DNA of 64,000 nucleotides from Escherichia coli (GTDB lineage Bacteria; Pseudomonadota; Gammaproteobacteria; Enterobacterales; Enterobacteriaceae): NCBI RefSeq assembly GCF_045037415.1, contig NZ_CP173438.1; one strand, 5' to 3'. Shown piece by piece: positions 26,354 to 42,123 of this stretch (position 1 is its first letter; each line of letters starts with the position of its first letter). The notes under the pieces were generated by a model. It saw only the letters and a program-made list of their open reading frames with translations, ran no database searches and was not told where the DNA came from. The position numbers and the translations under genes were made by a program.

Positions 26354-27583
26354 ATGAAAACAACAGCTCTGCGTCTTTATGGTAAACGTGATTTACGCCT
26401 GGAAACCTTTGACCTTCCTGAAATGCAGGAGGATGAAATCCTCGCAACGGTGGTCACTGACAGCCTGTGCCTCTCTTCCTGGAAAGAGGCCAATCTGGGT
26501 GAAAATCATAAAAAAGTACCCGACGATGTGGCGACCAATCCCATCATCATCGGCCACGAATTTTGCGGCGATATTCTGGCCGTGGGTAAAAAGTGGCAGC
26601 ACAAATTCCAGCCGGGTCAGCGTTATGTGATTCAGGCCAACCTGCAACTCCCCGACCGCCCGGATTGCCCCGGCTACTCCTTCCCGTGGGTAGGCGGCGA
26701 AGCGACGCATGTGGTTATTCCCAACGAGGTCATGGAACAAGATTGCCTGCTGGCATACGACGGCGAAACCTATTTTGAAGGCTCGCTGGTTGAACCGCTT
26801 TCCTGCGTGATTGGCGCGTTCAACGCCAACTATCATCTTCAGGAAGGTAGTTATAACCACACGATGGGGATTCGCCCGCAAGGGCGCACGCTGATCCTCG
26901 GCGGCACCGGACCAATGGGACTGTTGGCGATTGATTATGCGCTACATGGACCCGTTAACCCTTCGCTGCTCGTCATTACCGATACCGACAACGACAAATT
27001 GAGTTATGCGCGCAAGCACTATCCATCAGAACCGCAAACACTGATTCATTATCTCAATGCCGCCGATGCAGCATTTGATACGTTAATGGCACTGAGTGGC
27101 GGTCACGGCTTCGATGATATTTTCGTCTTTGTGCCTAATGAAGGACTGGTGACTCTCGCCTCTTCCTTGCTGGCGACAGATGGTTGTCTGAATTTCTTCG
27201 CCGGACCGCAGGATAAGCACTTCAGCGCGCCAATTAATTTCTACGATGTGCATTATGCATTTACCCACTACGTGGGCACGTCAGGCGGCAATACCGACGA
27301 CATGCGCGCAGCGGTCAAATTAATTGAAGAGAAAAAAGTGCAGGCCGCAAAAGTGGTAACACATATTCTTGGGCTGAATGCCGCGGGCGAAACCACGCTT
27401 GAATTGCCTGCCGTCGGCGGCGGCAAAAAGCTGGTGTATACCGGGAAATACCTGCCGCTGACGTCACTCACGCAGATTCAGGATCAAGCACTGGCGGCGA
27501 TTCTGGCGCGTCATCAGGGGATCTGGTCCGGTGAGGCGGAGCAATACCTGCTCGCCCATGCAGAGGCAATTTCCCATGATTAA
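26354..27583 (+). CDS. sorE: zinc-dependent dehydrogenase (sorbose-1-phosphate reductase type)
   Basis: 409 aa medium-chain dehydrogenase/reductase; last gene of the sorCDFBAME-like cluster. Confidence 0.75.
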   Translation: MKTTALRLYGKRDLRLETFDLPEMQEDEILATVVTDSLCLSSWKEANLGENHKKVPDDVATNPIIIGHEFCGDILAVGKKWQHKFQPGQRYVIQANLQLPDRPDCPGYSFPWVGGEATHVVIPNEVMEQDCLLAYDGETYFEGSLVEPLSCVIGAFNANYHLQEGSYNHTMGIRPQGRTLILGGTGPMGLLAIDYALHGPVNPSLLVITDTDNDKLSYARKHYPSEPQTLIHYLNAADAAFDTLMALSGGHGFDDIFVFVPNEGLVTLASSLLATDGCLNFFAGPQDKHFSAPINFYDVHYAFTHYVGTSGGNTDDMRAAVKLIEEKKVQAAKVVTHILGLNAAGETTLELPAVGGGKKLVYTGKYLPLTSLTQIQDQALAAILARHQGIWSGEAEQYLLAHAEAISHD

Positions 27584-27743
27584 TCGCGCTACTTAACTCT
27601 GCATGTCGCTGGCTGGTCGCCGCGGCAACTTCGCGACCTGATGTGCGGCTGATTGCTGAAGCGGCACAATGTGCACGAGAAGGATAAAAAAACATCAGCG
27701 CCTTAAGGGGCGCTCAAATTGGTGGCAAAGTGCACATTGTTTA

Positions 27744-27844
27744 TGCCGGATGCGGAATGAAGCCTTATTCGGCCTACATAATCTTGAAAATTCAATATAT
27801 TGCAGTTATCTGGTAGGCCAGGTAAGCGTAGCGCATCAGGCAAT
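27744..27844. repeat. REP/BIME elements between sorE and pepE
   Basis: gccggatgcggaatgaagccttattcggcctac and gtaggccaggtaagcgtagcgcatcaggc. Confidence 0.8.
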
Positions 27845-27964
27845 CCTGTGTTTGTCATCAGTCTCAGCGCCTGTGCAATATGTGACATCGTGAGCCATGT
27901 CAGTAAGTGGTTAAATTCGCAGTGGTAGCATTCCTTCCGTGTTTTCTTACTAACCGGAGAAGTA

Positions 27965-28654
27965 ATGGAACTGCTTTTATTGAGTAACTCGACGCTGCCG
28001 GGTAAAGCCTGGCTGGAACACGCGCTGCCGCTGATTGCTGAACAGTTGCAGGGTCGCCGTTCTGCGGTATTTATTCCTTTCGCTGGCGTAACGCAGACCT
28101 GGGATGATTACACAGCGAAAACGGCTGCGGTTCTCGCTCCGCTGGGTGTTTCTGTCACCGGTATTCATAGCGTTGTCGATCCCGTTGCCGCGATTGAAAA
28201 TGCGGAAATTGTGATTGTCGGCGGCGGTAATACTTTCCAGTTGCTGAAACAGTGCCGCGAGCGCGGGCTGCTGGCACCCATTACTGACGTGGTGAAACGT
28301 GGCGCGCTGTATATTGGCTGGAGCGCAGGCGCTAACCTTGCTTGCCCAACCATTCGTACCACCAACGATATGCCGATTATCGATCCGCAAGGTTTCGATG
28401 CGCTAAATCTGTTCCCGCTACAAATCAACCCGCACTTCACCAACGCGCTGCCGGAAGGCCATAAAGGTGAAACCCGTGAGCAGCGTATTCGCGAACTGCT
28501 GGTCGTCGCGCCAGAACTGACGATTATTGGTCTGCCGGAAGGTAACTGGATCACAGTAAGTAAAGGTCACGCTACGCTGGGTGGCCCGAACACCACTTAT
28601 GTATTTAAGGCTGGTGAAGAAGCGGTGCCGCTGGAAGCGGGTCACCGTTTTTAA
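27965..28654 (+). CDS. pepE: alpha-aspartyl dipeptidase (peptidase E)
   Basis: 229 aa [28 protein letters not shown]...; S51 peptidase. Confidence 0.92.
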   Translation: MELLLLSNSTLPGKAWLEHALPLIAEQLQGRRSAVFIPFAGVTQTWDDYTAKTAAVLAPLGVSVTGIHSVVDPVAAIENAEIVIVGGGNTFQLLKQCRERGLLAPITDVVKRGALYIGWSAGANLACPTIRTTNDMPIIDPQGFDALNLFPLQINPHFTNALPEGHKGETREQRIRELLVVAPELTIIGLPEGNWITVSKGHATLGGPNTTYVFKAGEEAVPLEAGHRF

Positions 28655-28663
28655 GTGAATTGC

Positions 28664-28730
28664 CGGATGCATGATCCGGCATCTTGTTCATAGTGCCTGA
28701 TGCAACGCTTTACGCGTCTTATCAGGCCTT
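28664..28730. repeat. REP-like palindromic units between pepE and yjbB
   Basis: gccggatgcatgatccggc and gcctgatgcaacgctttacgcgtcttatcaggcc. Confidence 0.7.
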
Positions 28731-28743
28731 CAGGGTCACGGTA

Positions 28744-30375
28744 TTAATACTCGTCCCGTCCTTCATCTTCATCCGGCTGTTCCAGCACACTGTAAGCCAC
28801 CGAACAAAACAGCGAGTTCAGACGCTGCATATCTCCCAGTAAGCCTAAATGTAGCGAACTGGTTTCAATACTCTGCACGTTTTGCTGGTGCAGGCGATCG
28901 ACGTGGGCGTGGGAATAGCGGCGATTAAGAATGCGAAAACGATGTTTGCTGCGGCGCAAACGACGGGCGCTGGTAACATCGCCAGAGAAGAAAACCGACA
29001 TTGCCAGTTTTAAATTACTGAGCAATTGCTCATAGAGCGCATCCAGTTCCTTCAAGCCATCAAGCGAAAATGCTCGCCTTGCTGCCAGCGATTTGTCGGC
29101 AATTTCGCTGCCCATGCGCTCGACGATATCGGAGGCCTGTTCAAGGTTGAGCGACATTTCGATGATCTCCGCCCAGCGGCGCGACTCTTCTTCTGCCAGT
29201 TCCTCTTTTGGCATCCGCGCCAGATACAGCTTAATGGCGGTATAGAGAACGTTGATGTCATCAGCCAGCTTACGCAGCTCTTTCTCCTGCCGTGGCTCGC
29301 CGTGCATCACTTTATTCAGCCCTTCCATCATCTGTTCCATGGCGTCGCCAATGCGCAGGGTTTCGCGGGCAGCGTTCGCCAGAGCAAGCGTGGGCGTATC
29401 CAGCGCGCTGACATCCAGATGTTTAGGCCGTAGCTGGGTATCCAGTTCCGGTTCATCGCGAATAATCGTTTTGCAAAACCGTGCCATCGGGTCAACGAAT
29501 GGCAACATGACCAGGCAGCGTACAAGGTTGTAGAAGACGTGGAAATAGATCACCAATTCCGCTTTTGGCAATGGCAACTTCCCCATTGTCTCTGCCAGCA
29601 AATGAACAAACGGCAGGATAATCAGGCTACCCACCAGCTTAAACAGCAGGCTACCCAGCGCGACACGGCGGGCTGCGGCATTGGCGGCACTGTTGTTGAG
29701 CATCGCCAGCAGGCCGGAACCGAGGTTTGCACCAATCACCAGACAAAGCGCCACTGGGAAAGAGATAATGCCTGCGGCGGTCAGAGTCGCGGTCAGCAGT
29801 ACCGCGGCAAGGCTGGAGTAGCTGATAATGGCGAACATCGCACCAATCAGCGCATCCAGCAAAATGTCGCCAGTCAGCGAGGCAAAGATCACCTGAACGC
29901 CGTTTGCCTGAGTGATCGGCGTTACGGCCTGCACAATCAACTCCAGCGCCAGTAAAATCAGCCCAAGACCAATACCGACGCGGCCCAGTTGCCCGGCGCG
30001 TGACTGTTTGCGTCCGAGGAAAAAAATCACGCCGATAAAAATAAGTAACGGTGACAGCCAGGATAAATCGAAGGTGAGAATACGCGCCATCAGCGCCGTC
30101 CCGACATCTGCACCCAGCACAATCACCAGCGCAGGCGCGAGAGCAACCAGATCCTGAGCGACGAACGAGGTCACCAGCATGGTGGTGGCATTACTGCTCT
30201 GCACCAGTGCGGTAACGCCGATCCCCGCGCAAAAGGCGAGCGGCTTTTTTTCGACGCTCCGGCTAAGGACAGTACGCAGACGCGCGCCGAAGACGCGCAT
30301 TACGCCTGTTCGAACAATATGGGTCCCCCAGACCAGCAGGGCGACGGCAGAAAGCAGGTGAAGCAAAGTTAGCAC
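28744..30375 (-). CDS. yjbB: Na+/phosphate cotransporter-family membrane protein with C-terminal PhoU-like region
   Basis: 543 aa, polytopic N-terminal half, soluble C-terminal half. Confidence 0.9.
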   Translation of the reverse strand: MLTLLHLLSAVALLVWGTHIVRTGVMRVFGARLRTVLSRSVEKKPLAFCAGIGVTALVQSSNATTMLVTSFVAQDLVALAPALVIVLGADVGTALMARILTFDLSWLSPLLIFIGVIFFLGRKQSRAGQLGRVGIGLGLILLALELIVQAVTPITQANGVQVIFASLTGDILLDALIGAMFAIISYSSLAAVLLTATLTAAGIISFPVALCLVIGANLGSGLLAMLNNSAANAAARRVALGSLLFKLVGSLIILPFVHLLAETMGKLPLPKAELVIYFHVFYNLVRCLVMLPFVDPMARFCKTIIRDEPELDTQLRPKHLDVSALDTPTLALANAARETLRIGDAMEQMMEGLNKVMHGEPRQEKELRKLADDINVLYTAIKLYLARMPKEELAEEESRRWAEIIEMSLNLEQASDIVERMGSEIADKSLAARRAFSLDGLKELDALYEQLLSNLKLAMSVFFSGDVTSARRLRRSKHRFRILNRRYSHAHVDRLHQQNVQSIETSSLHLGLLGDMQRLNSLFCSVAYSVLEQPDEDEGRDEY

Positions 30376-30545
30376 GGAATCAGGTTCTCCTTTTTGTTAT
30401 GCATTTTCCTGTTAAGATTTTTCTAATCACGTTGTTTTTATCCAGGCATTTCTCTTGTATGTACTTTCAGTATAAGAGATTTATACAAGAAAGCATTTAA
30501 AAAGGCATTTATATAAAAATCCACCTGTATCTGTTGCTATTTCTG

Positions 30546-30995
30546 TCACACTTTCCCCTGTCGTTTACACCAGATAATCGTTGTCACTTTTGTGACCTCT
30601 GAGAAGATAAACAACGAAATATTTAAGACCAGATCCTGTGAATAAAAATAATTAAGTAACAACGGTATTACGGAGATTGAACAGCTTACGGTAGCAAAAC
30701 GCATAAACTCCTGAATCGCCAAAAAAGAGAAACTAAATAATTTTTGTCTTAAAAAACATTGCGCAGAAAAGAATAAAGAGAACAATAATACTATTTGTAG
30801 CGTAACAGTGGCGACTGCATAAGCGTAAAAACCGCCTTCAACACCGATATCCTTAAGTAAAGAAAGTGAATGAACGATATCGGAATAAAAAGGGATACGA
30901 CCATTACCAAGCGAGTAGAACAGATATGTGGCTATCGCGATAACATCCATAACACCCCAAAAAAGAAGAATGTATTTTTTATATTGACGTTGCAT
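30546..30995 (-). CDS. hypothetical small integral membrane protein, ~4 predicted TM helices, in AT-rich islet
   Basis: 149-aa ORF with four long hydrophobic stretches; RBS-like aaaaagga upstream; codon and base composition strongly AT-biased unlike flanking genes; no family recognised. Confidence 0.55.
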   Translation of the reverse strand: MQRQYKKYILLFWGVMDVIAIATYLFYSLGNGRIPFYSDIVHSLSLLKDIGVEGGFYAYAVATVTLQIVLLFSLFFSAQCFLRQKLFSFSFLAIQEFMRFATVSCSISVIPLLLNYFYSQDLVLNISLFIFSEVTKVTTIIWCKRQGKV

Positions 30996-31037
30996 AAAGT
31001 AAATCCTTTTTACGAAAACAAATATTACCAGGAATTA

Positions 31038-31235
31038 TTATAATTGCGGGCGTTTTTGGATTAACACTCCACCCGTATTTTTTAAACCTCTGTCAGCTAT
31101 ACCTTCACTAAATAAGACATCGATACGCCCTTTACTTTTATCGTGATACAGAATACTGCATGAGATACACCTTATACCCTCTTTGGATTTACGAAAATCT
31201 AACCAATAACGACCATCATAAAATACCCACTCCAC
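31038..31235 (-). CDS. hypothetical 65-aa ORF with GTG start, likely the distal part of a frame-disrupted small gene
   Basis: ORF VEWVFYDGRYWLDFRKSKEGIRCISCSILYHDKS...; 16 nt downstream of a 34-aa ATG ORF in a different frame. Confidence 0.3.
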   Translation of the reverse strand: MEWVFYDGRYWLDFRKSKEGIRCISCSILYHDKSKGRIDVLFSEGIADRGLKNTGGVLIQKRPQL

Positions 31236-31251
31236 ACCTGTTTTATATTAA

Positions 31252-31356
31252 TTATCCAATCATTATAACCTGTTGGTTTTTTCCTAATAGTTCAGTAACT
31301 TCGGACTCTGAACATCCTTCGAAAGCGAAAAAATCTATTTCATCAATTTTTATCAT
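31252..31356 (-). other. 34-aa ORF (MIKIDEIDFFAFEGCSESEVTELLGKNQQVIMIG), possible proximal part of the same disrupted gene
   Basis: hand translation of minus strand just after the metH terminator; too short for the ORF track. Confidence 0.2.
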
Positions 31357-31383
31357 ATTCAATAATCCATTATTTATGACATT

Positions 31384-31406
31384 AAAAACCGGGGCAAATA
31401 CCCCGG
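31384..31406 (-). terminator. rho-independent terminator of metH
   Basis: minus strand reads ccggggtatttgccccgg then ttttt, 10 nt after the metH stop. Confidence 0.8.
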
Positions 31407-31415
31407 TGTTATCAC

Positions 31416-35099
<3,684 letters not shown>

Positions 35100-35299
35100 A
35101 CTTGCTCCCGACACGCTTAACCCAGATTTAATAAAAATTCAACAAACCATACTGGCATAAACACATCTGTGGTAAAAGCGACCACCACGCAACATGAGAT
35201 TTGTTCAACATTAACTCATCGGATCTGTTCAGCAACTATTGCATTCGCTGATAATAAAAATGAAAATGATTTCCACGATACAGAAAAAAGGAGACTGTC

Positions 35300-36124
35300 A
35301 TGGTCGCACCCATTCCCGCAAAACGCGGCAGAAAACCCGCCGTTGCCACCGCACCAGCGACTGGACAGGTTCAGTCTTTAACGCGTGGCCTGAAATTACT
35401 GGAGTGGATTGCCGAATCCAATGGCAGTGTGGCACTCACGGAACTGGCACAGCAAGCCGGGTTACCCAATTCCACGACCCACCGCCTGCTAACCACGATG
35501 CAGCAACAGGGCTTTGTCCGTCAGGTCGGCGAACTGGGTCACTGGGCGATCGGCGCACACGCCTTTATGGTCGGCAGCAGCTTTCTCCAGAGCCGTAATT
35601 TGTTAGCGATTGTTCACCCTATCCTGCGCAATCTAATGGAAGAGTCTGGCGAAACGGTCAATATGGCGGTGCTTGATCAAAGCAATCACGAAGCGATTAT
35701 TATCGACCAGGTACAGTGTACTCACCTGATGCGAATGTCCGCGCCTATCGGCGGTAAATTGCCGATGCACGCTTCCGGTGCGGGTAAAGCCTTTCTGGCC
35801 CAACTGAGCGAAGAACAGGTGACGAAGTTACTGCACCGCAAAGGGTTACATGCCTATACCCACGCAACGCTGGTGTCTCCTGTGCATTTAAAAGAAGATC
35901 TCGCCCAAACGCGCAAACGGGGTTATTCATTTGACGATGAGGAACATGCGCTGGGGCTGCGTTGCCTTGCAGCGTGTATTTTCGATGAGCACCGCGAACC
36001 GTTTGCCGCAATTTCAATTTCCGGACCGATTTCACGTATTACCGATGACCGCGTGACCGAGTTTGGCGCGATGGTGATTAAAGCGGCGAAGGAAGTGACG
36101 CTGGCATACGGTGGAATACGCTGA
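35300..36124 (+). CDS. iclR: IclR, repressor of the glyoxylate bypass operon
   Basis: 274 aa MVAPIPAKRGRKPAVATAPATGQVQSLTRGLKLLEWIAESNG... Confidence 0.95.
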   Translation: MVAPIPAKRGRKPAVATAPATGQVQSLTRGLKLLEWIAESNGSVALTELAQQAGLPNSTTHRLLTTMQQQGFVRQVGELGHWAIGAHAFMVGSSFLQSRNLLAIVHPILRNLMEESGETVNMAVLDQSNHEAIIIDQVQCTHLMRMSAPIGGKLPMHASGAGKAFLAQLSEEQVTKLLHRKGLHAYTHATLVSPVHLKEDLAQTRKRGYSFDDEEHALGLRCLAACIFDEHREPFAAISISGPISRITDDRVTEFGAMVIKAAKEVTLAYGGIR

Positions 36125-36140
36125 CTTTTTCGCCTCTGAT

Positions 36141-37865
<1,725 letters not shown>

Positions 37866-37892
37866 TTAGCGCCCTCATCAGGAGCAGAGAAT

Positions 37893-37968
37893 TGCCGGAT
37901 AAGACGCGCAAATCGTCGCATCAGGCGTTGATTGCCGGATGCGGCGTGAACGCCTTATCCGGCCTACA
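37893..37968. repeat. REP elements between aceA and aceK
   Basis: tgccggataagacgcgcaaatcgtcgcatcaggc and gccggatgcggcgtgaacgccttatccggcctac. Confidence 0.85.
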
Positions 37969-37989
37969 ATCATCAACTTTATCAGTTGC

Positions 37990-39294
37990 TTAGAACTGCG
38001 ATTCTTCGGTGGAGCCGGTCAGCGCGGTGACTGAAGACGTGCCGCCCTGAATAATGGTCGTCACTTTATCGAAATAACCTGTCCCCACTTCCTGCTGGTG
38101 AGATACGAAGGTATAGCCATCTTTCGCGGCGGCAAATTCCGGCTGCTGCACTTTCTCAACATAGTGCTTCATACCCTCACCCTGGGCATAGGCGTTTGCC
38201 AGGTCAAACATGTTGAACCACATGCTGTGGATACCTGCCAGGGTGATGAACTGGAACTTGTAGCCCATATCCGACAGCTGCTGCTGGAAGCTGGCAATAG
38301 TTTTGTCGTCGAGGTTTTTCTGCCAGTTGAACGACGGCGAGCAGTTATAAGCCAGCAGTTTGCCCGGATATTTCGCGTGGATGGCTTGTGCAAAGCGACG
38401 CGCCAGTTCCAGATCCGGCGTGGAGGTTTCACACCATACCAGGTCAGCATATGGCGCATACGCCAGGCCACGGCTGATCGCTTGCTCAATACCCGCATGA
38501 GTACGGAAGAAGCCTTCACTGGTACGCTCGCCAGTAATAAATTCGCTGTCATATGGGTCGCAATCGGAGGTAATCAGATCCGCCGCATCGGCATCGGTAC
38601 GAGCAACCAGCAGGGTTGGAACGCCCGTCACATCAGCTGCCAGACGCGCCGCGACCAGTTTCTGAATAGCTTCCTGAGTTGGCACCAAAACTTTGCCGCC
38701 CATGTGACCACATTTCTTCACTGATGCCAGCTGATCTTCGAAGTGAACTGCCGCTGCACCGGCTTCAATCATCGCTTTCATCAGTTCAAAGGCATTCAGT
38801 ACACCGCCAAAACCGGCCTCCGCATCGGCGACGATCGGCAGGAAGTAATCGACATAGCGCGGATCGCCCGGCTCAATGCCCGCGGACCATTGGATCTGAT
38901 CCGCACGGCGGAAAGTATTGTTGATCCGCTCTACCACAGCTGGCACCGAGTTTGCCGGATAGAGCGACTGATCCGGATACATGCTGGCCGCCAGGTTAGC
39001 GTCCGCCGCTACCTGCCATCCCGACAGATAGACTGCTTCAATACCCGCTTTCGCCTGTTGCAACGCCTGACCGCCAGTCAGTGCACCGAGGCTGTTGATG
39101 TAGCCTTTTTTCGACTCGCCGTGCAGCAGACGCCACATTTTCGCCGCGCCCAGTTGCGCCAGGGTGCATTCCGGATTGACTGAACCGCGTAATTTCACCA
39201 CATCTTCCGCGCTGTACGGGCGAGTAATGCCTTCCCAACGCGGTTGAGTCCACTCTTTCTGTAATTCTTCAATTTGTTGTGTACGGGTTTTCAT
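37990..39294 (-). CDS. aceA: isocitrate lyase
   Basis: start at [15 protein letters not shown] (434 aa); catalytic KKCGH motif. Confidence 0.97.
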   Translation of the reverse strand: MKTRTQQIEELQKEWTQPRWEGITRPYSAEDVVKLRGSVNPECTLAQLGAAKMWRLLHGESKKGYINSLGALTGGQALQQAKAGIEAVYLSGWQVAADANLAASMYPDQSLYPANSVPAVVERINNTFRRADQIQWSAGIEPGDPRYVDYFLPIVADAEAGFGGVLNAFELMKAMIEAGAAAVHFEDQLASVKKCGHMGGKVLVPTQEAIQKLVAARLAADVTGVPTLLVARTDADAADLITSDCDPYDSEFITGERTSEGFFRTHAGIEQAISRGLAYAPYADLVWCETSTPDLELARRFAQAIHAKYPGKLLAYNCSPSFNWQKNLDDKTIASFQQQLSDMGYKFQFITLAGIHSMWFNMFDLANAYAQGEGMKHYVEKVQQPEFAAAKDGYTFVSHQQEVGTGYFDKVTTIIQGGTSSVTALTGSTEESQF

Positions 39295-39323
39295 GTGCAG
39301 ATGCTCCATAGTTATGTGGTGGT

Positions 39324-40925
39324 TTACGCTAACAGGCGGTAGCCTGGCAGGGTCAGGAAATCAATTAACTCATCGGAAGTGGTGATCTGTTCCATCAAGC
39401 GTGCGGCATCGTCAAAACGCCCCTGGGAGAAACGTTCTTCGCCCAGTTCGCTGGCAATGACTTTCATCTCTTCGCCCAGCATCTGGCGGAACAAGGCTTT
39501 AGTCACCGGTTTGCCATTGCTCAACGTTTTTTGATGATGGATCCACTGCCAGATTGAGGTACGGGAAATTTCAGCCGTCGCCGCATCTTCCATCAGGCCA
39601 TAAATCGGCACACAGCCATTGCCAGAGATCCACGCTTCGATGTACTGCACAGCCACGCGAATGTTGGCACGCATACCTTCTTCGGTGCGTTCACCATCAC
39701 AAGGTGCCAGCAGCTGATCGGCAGTAATCGGCGCGTCTTGTTCGCGCATCACCTCAAGCTGGTTTTTGCGGGAGCCGAGAATATCGTTGAATACCGCCAT
39801 TGCCGTATCAGCAAGGCCCGGGTGAGCGATCCATGTGCCATCGTGACCGTTATTGGCTTCCAGCGATTTATCCGCTTTTACTTTGTCGAGCACCTGGTTA
39901 TTGCGCTCTTCATCTTTGCTCGGAATAAACGCCGCCATGCCGCCCATCGCAAAAGCACCGCGTTTATGGCAGGTTTTAATCAACAGGCGTGAGTAAGCAT
40001 TCAGGAAGGGTTTATCCATCGTCACTGCCTGTCTGTCTGGCAGGACGCGATCGGGATAGTTTTTCAATGTTTTGATATAACTGAAGATGTAATCCCAACG
40101 ACCGCAGTTCAGACCAACAATATGGTCACGCAGCGCGTGAAGGATTTCATCCATCTGGAACACGGCGGGCAGCGTTTCAATCAGCAACGTCGCCTTGATG
40201 GTGCCGCGCGGCAGATTAAAGCGATCTTCTGCATAGCTGAAGACTTCGCTCCACCAGGCCGCTTCCTGCCAGGACTGGGTTTTCGGCAGATAGAAATAGG
40301 GACCGCTGCCCTTTGCCAACAGTGCCTGATAGTTGTGGAAGAAATAGAGCGCAAAATCAAACAGGCTACCGGGGATTGCCTCACCACGCCAGGTGACATG
40401 TTTTTCCGGCAAGTGCAGACCGCGTACCCGACAAATCAAAACCGCTGGATTGGGCTTGAGCTGATAAATTTTGCCTGCTTCATTGGTATAGCTGATGGTG
40501 CCGTTAACTGCATCGCGCAGGTTAATTTGCCCATCGATCACTTTGTTCCAGTCTGGTGCCAGTGAATCTTCGAAATCGGCCATAAAGACTTTCACATTGG
40601 CGTTGAGCGCGTTGATCACCATCTTGCGCTCTACAGGTCCGGTAATCTCTACGCGACGATCTTCTAAGTCCGCAGGAATCCCGCGAATTTTCCAGTCAGC
40701 ATCACGAATGGAAGCTGTTTCCGAAATGAAATCAGGCAACCTTCCGTTATCGATATCCTGCTGCTGCTGAATGCGCGCTGCCAGAAGTTTATTGCGTTGT
40801 GGCGTAAAATGCGTCACCAGCTCAGTCAGAAATTCTACCGCTTCGGCAGTAAGAATTTGCTTCTCCTGCTCGCCATACGGCCTTGTGAAAGCCAGTTCAT
40901 CGATTGTTGTTGCCTGTTCAGTCAT
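39324..40925 (-). CDS. aceB: malate synthase A
   Basis: start at [13 protein letters not shown] (533 aa). Confidence 0.97.
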   Translation of the reverse strand: MTEQATTIDELAFTRPYGEQEKQILTAEAVEFLTELVTHFTPQRNKLLAARIQQQQDIDNGRLPDFISETASIRDADWKIRGIPADLEDRRVEITGPVERKMVINALNANVKVFMADFEDSLAPDWNKVIDGQINLRDAVNGTISYTNEAGKIYQLKPNPAVLICRVRGLHLPEKHVTWRGEAIPGSLFDFALYFFHNYQALLAKGSGPYFYLPKTQSWQEAAWWSEVFSYAEDRFNLPRGTIKATLLIETLPAVFQMDEILHALRDHIVGLNCGRWDYIFSYIKTLKNYPDRVLPDRQAVTMDKPFLNAYSRLLIKTCHKRGAFAMGGMAAFIPSKDEERNNQVLDKVKADKSLEANNGHDGTWIAHPGLADTAMAVFNDILGSRKNQLEVMREQDAPITADQLLAPCDGERTEEGMRANIRVAVQYIEAWISGNGCVPIYGLMEDAATAEISRTSIWQWIHHQKTLSNGKPVTKALFRQMLGEEMKVIASELGEERFSQGRFDDAARLMEQITTSDELIDFLTLPGYRLLA

Positions 40926-41019
40926 CGTGCAGCTCCTCGTCATGGATCCGAAAACTTCCCCACTGTGAACGAAGGATCGTTGTGCGCTTTTCGTTCAGCA
41001 CAACTAAGACTACTCATTT

Positions 41020-41050
41020 AAAATGCAAAATCAAAAACAATTTCCATTTT
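41020..41050. promoter_or_regulatory. aceB promoter region with IclR-box-like sequence
   Basis: minus strand reads aatggaaattgtttttgattttgca upstream of aceB; resembles the IclR operator half-site TGGAAAT; approximate. Confidence 0.4.
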
Positions 41051-41124
41051 AATTAAAAATACATGTTAACTTGTTGATAACAATATAAATAAAATTTATT
41101 CACTTACTGAGGTGTGTTTCGGAA

Positions 41125-41149
41125 ATAAAAAAGGCACCCGAAGGTGCCT
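41125..41149 (-). terminator. rho-independent terminator of metA
   Basis: hairpin aggcacccgaaggtgcct with T-run on minus strand. Confidence 0.75.
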
Positions 41150-41193
41150 GAGGTAAGGTGCTGAATCGCTTAACGATCGACTATCACAGAAGA

Positions 41194-42123
41194 TTAATCC
41201 AGCGTTGGATTCATGTGCCGTAGATCATATGGCGTGATCTGGTAGACGTAATAGTTGAGCCAGTTGGTAAACAGCAAATTACCGTGACTACGCCAGCTCG
41301 CTCGCGGTTTGTTTTGCGGATCATTGTGCGGGAAATAGTTATACGGTACTTCCGGGTCTAGTCCGGCTTCCACATCGCGGAAATATTCCTGCGCCAGCGT
41401 TTGCGCATCATATTCGGGATGGCCCGTCACAAAGGCAATTCGCTTATCTTTGCTGGCAAACAGATATGCATCCCCTTCTTCCGTCTCTGCCAGAATTTCC
41501 AGATCGGTGTAATCACGAATCAACGCTGCCGGAAAGTCAGCATAGCGCGAATGCGGTGCCAGGAATGAATCATCAAAGCCACGCGTCAGAAGCGCATGAG
41601 GATGGAGAATATGATGCTCATAAACGCCAGAGAGTTTGTCGGTGCGAGTTTGCTTAGGAATGCCGTAGAGGATATTTAGCGCGGCCTGTACCGCCCAGCA
41701 GACAAACAGCGTCGAGGTGACGTGATCTTTCGACCACTCCAGCACCTGTTTGATCTGCGGCCAGTAAGCGACATCATTAAACTCCACCAGGCCCAGCGGC
41801 GCGCCGGTAACTATCAGACCGTCAAAGTTTTGTTCCTGAATATCTTCAAAGTTACAGTAGAAGTTATTCAGATGCTCTGCGGGCGTGTTGCGCGATTCAC
41901 GGGAATCGATGCGCAACAGCTGAATATCGACCTGCAAAGGTGAGTTTGAAAGCAGGCGCAGAAACTGATTTTCAGTTTCGATCTTCTTCGGCATCAGGTT
42001 AAGGATAAGCACCTTTAGCGGACGAATTTCCTGACCAGACGCGCGAGAAGTTGTCATCACAAAGACGTTTTCTTCACGCAAGAAATTGACGGCGGGTAGC
42101 TCGTCCGGCACACGAATCGGCAT
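41194..42123 (-). CDS. metA: homoserine O-succinyltransferase
   Basis: 309 aa [28 protein letters not shown]... Confidence 0.96.
   Translation of the reverse strand: MPIRVPDELPAVNFLREENVFVMTTSRASGQEIRPLKVLILNLMPKKIETENQFLRLLSNSPLQVDIQLLRIDSRESRNTPAEHLNNFYCNFEDIQEQNFDGLIVTGAPLGLVEFNDVAYWPQIKQVLEWSKDHVTSTLFVCWAVQAALNILYGIPKQTRTDKLSGVYEHHILHPHALLTRGFDDSFLAPHSRYADFPAALIRDYTDLEILAETEEGDAYLFASKDKRIAFVTGHPEYDAQTLAQEYFRDVEAGLDPEVPYNYFPHNDPQNKPRASWRSHGNLLFTNWLNYYVYQITPYDLRHMNPTLD

Noticed and set aside
27468-27893. Three 60-75 aa ORFs between sorE and pepE
   Set aside because: They overlap REP palindromes and a hairpin and show no coding features.
21523-27964. Signs of a mobile element (IS, integrase, tRNA attachment site, direct repeats) at the sor island or AT-rich islet boundaries
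   Set aside because: No transposase or integrase ORF and no obvious terminal inverted or direct repeats by eye; insertion mechanism cannot be inferred from the sequence.
30440-30540. Pho-box-like direct repeats (ctgttgc...ctgtcac) upstream of yjbB
   Set aside because: Spacing and sequence do not fit the 7-4-7 PhoB consensus well, and orientation relative to yjbB is unclear.
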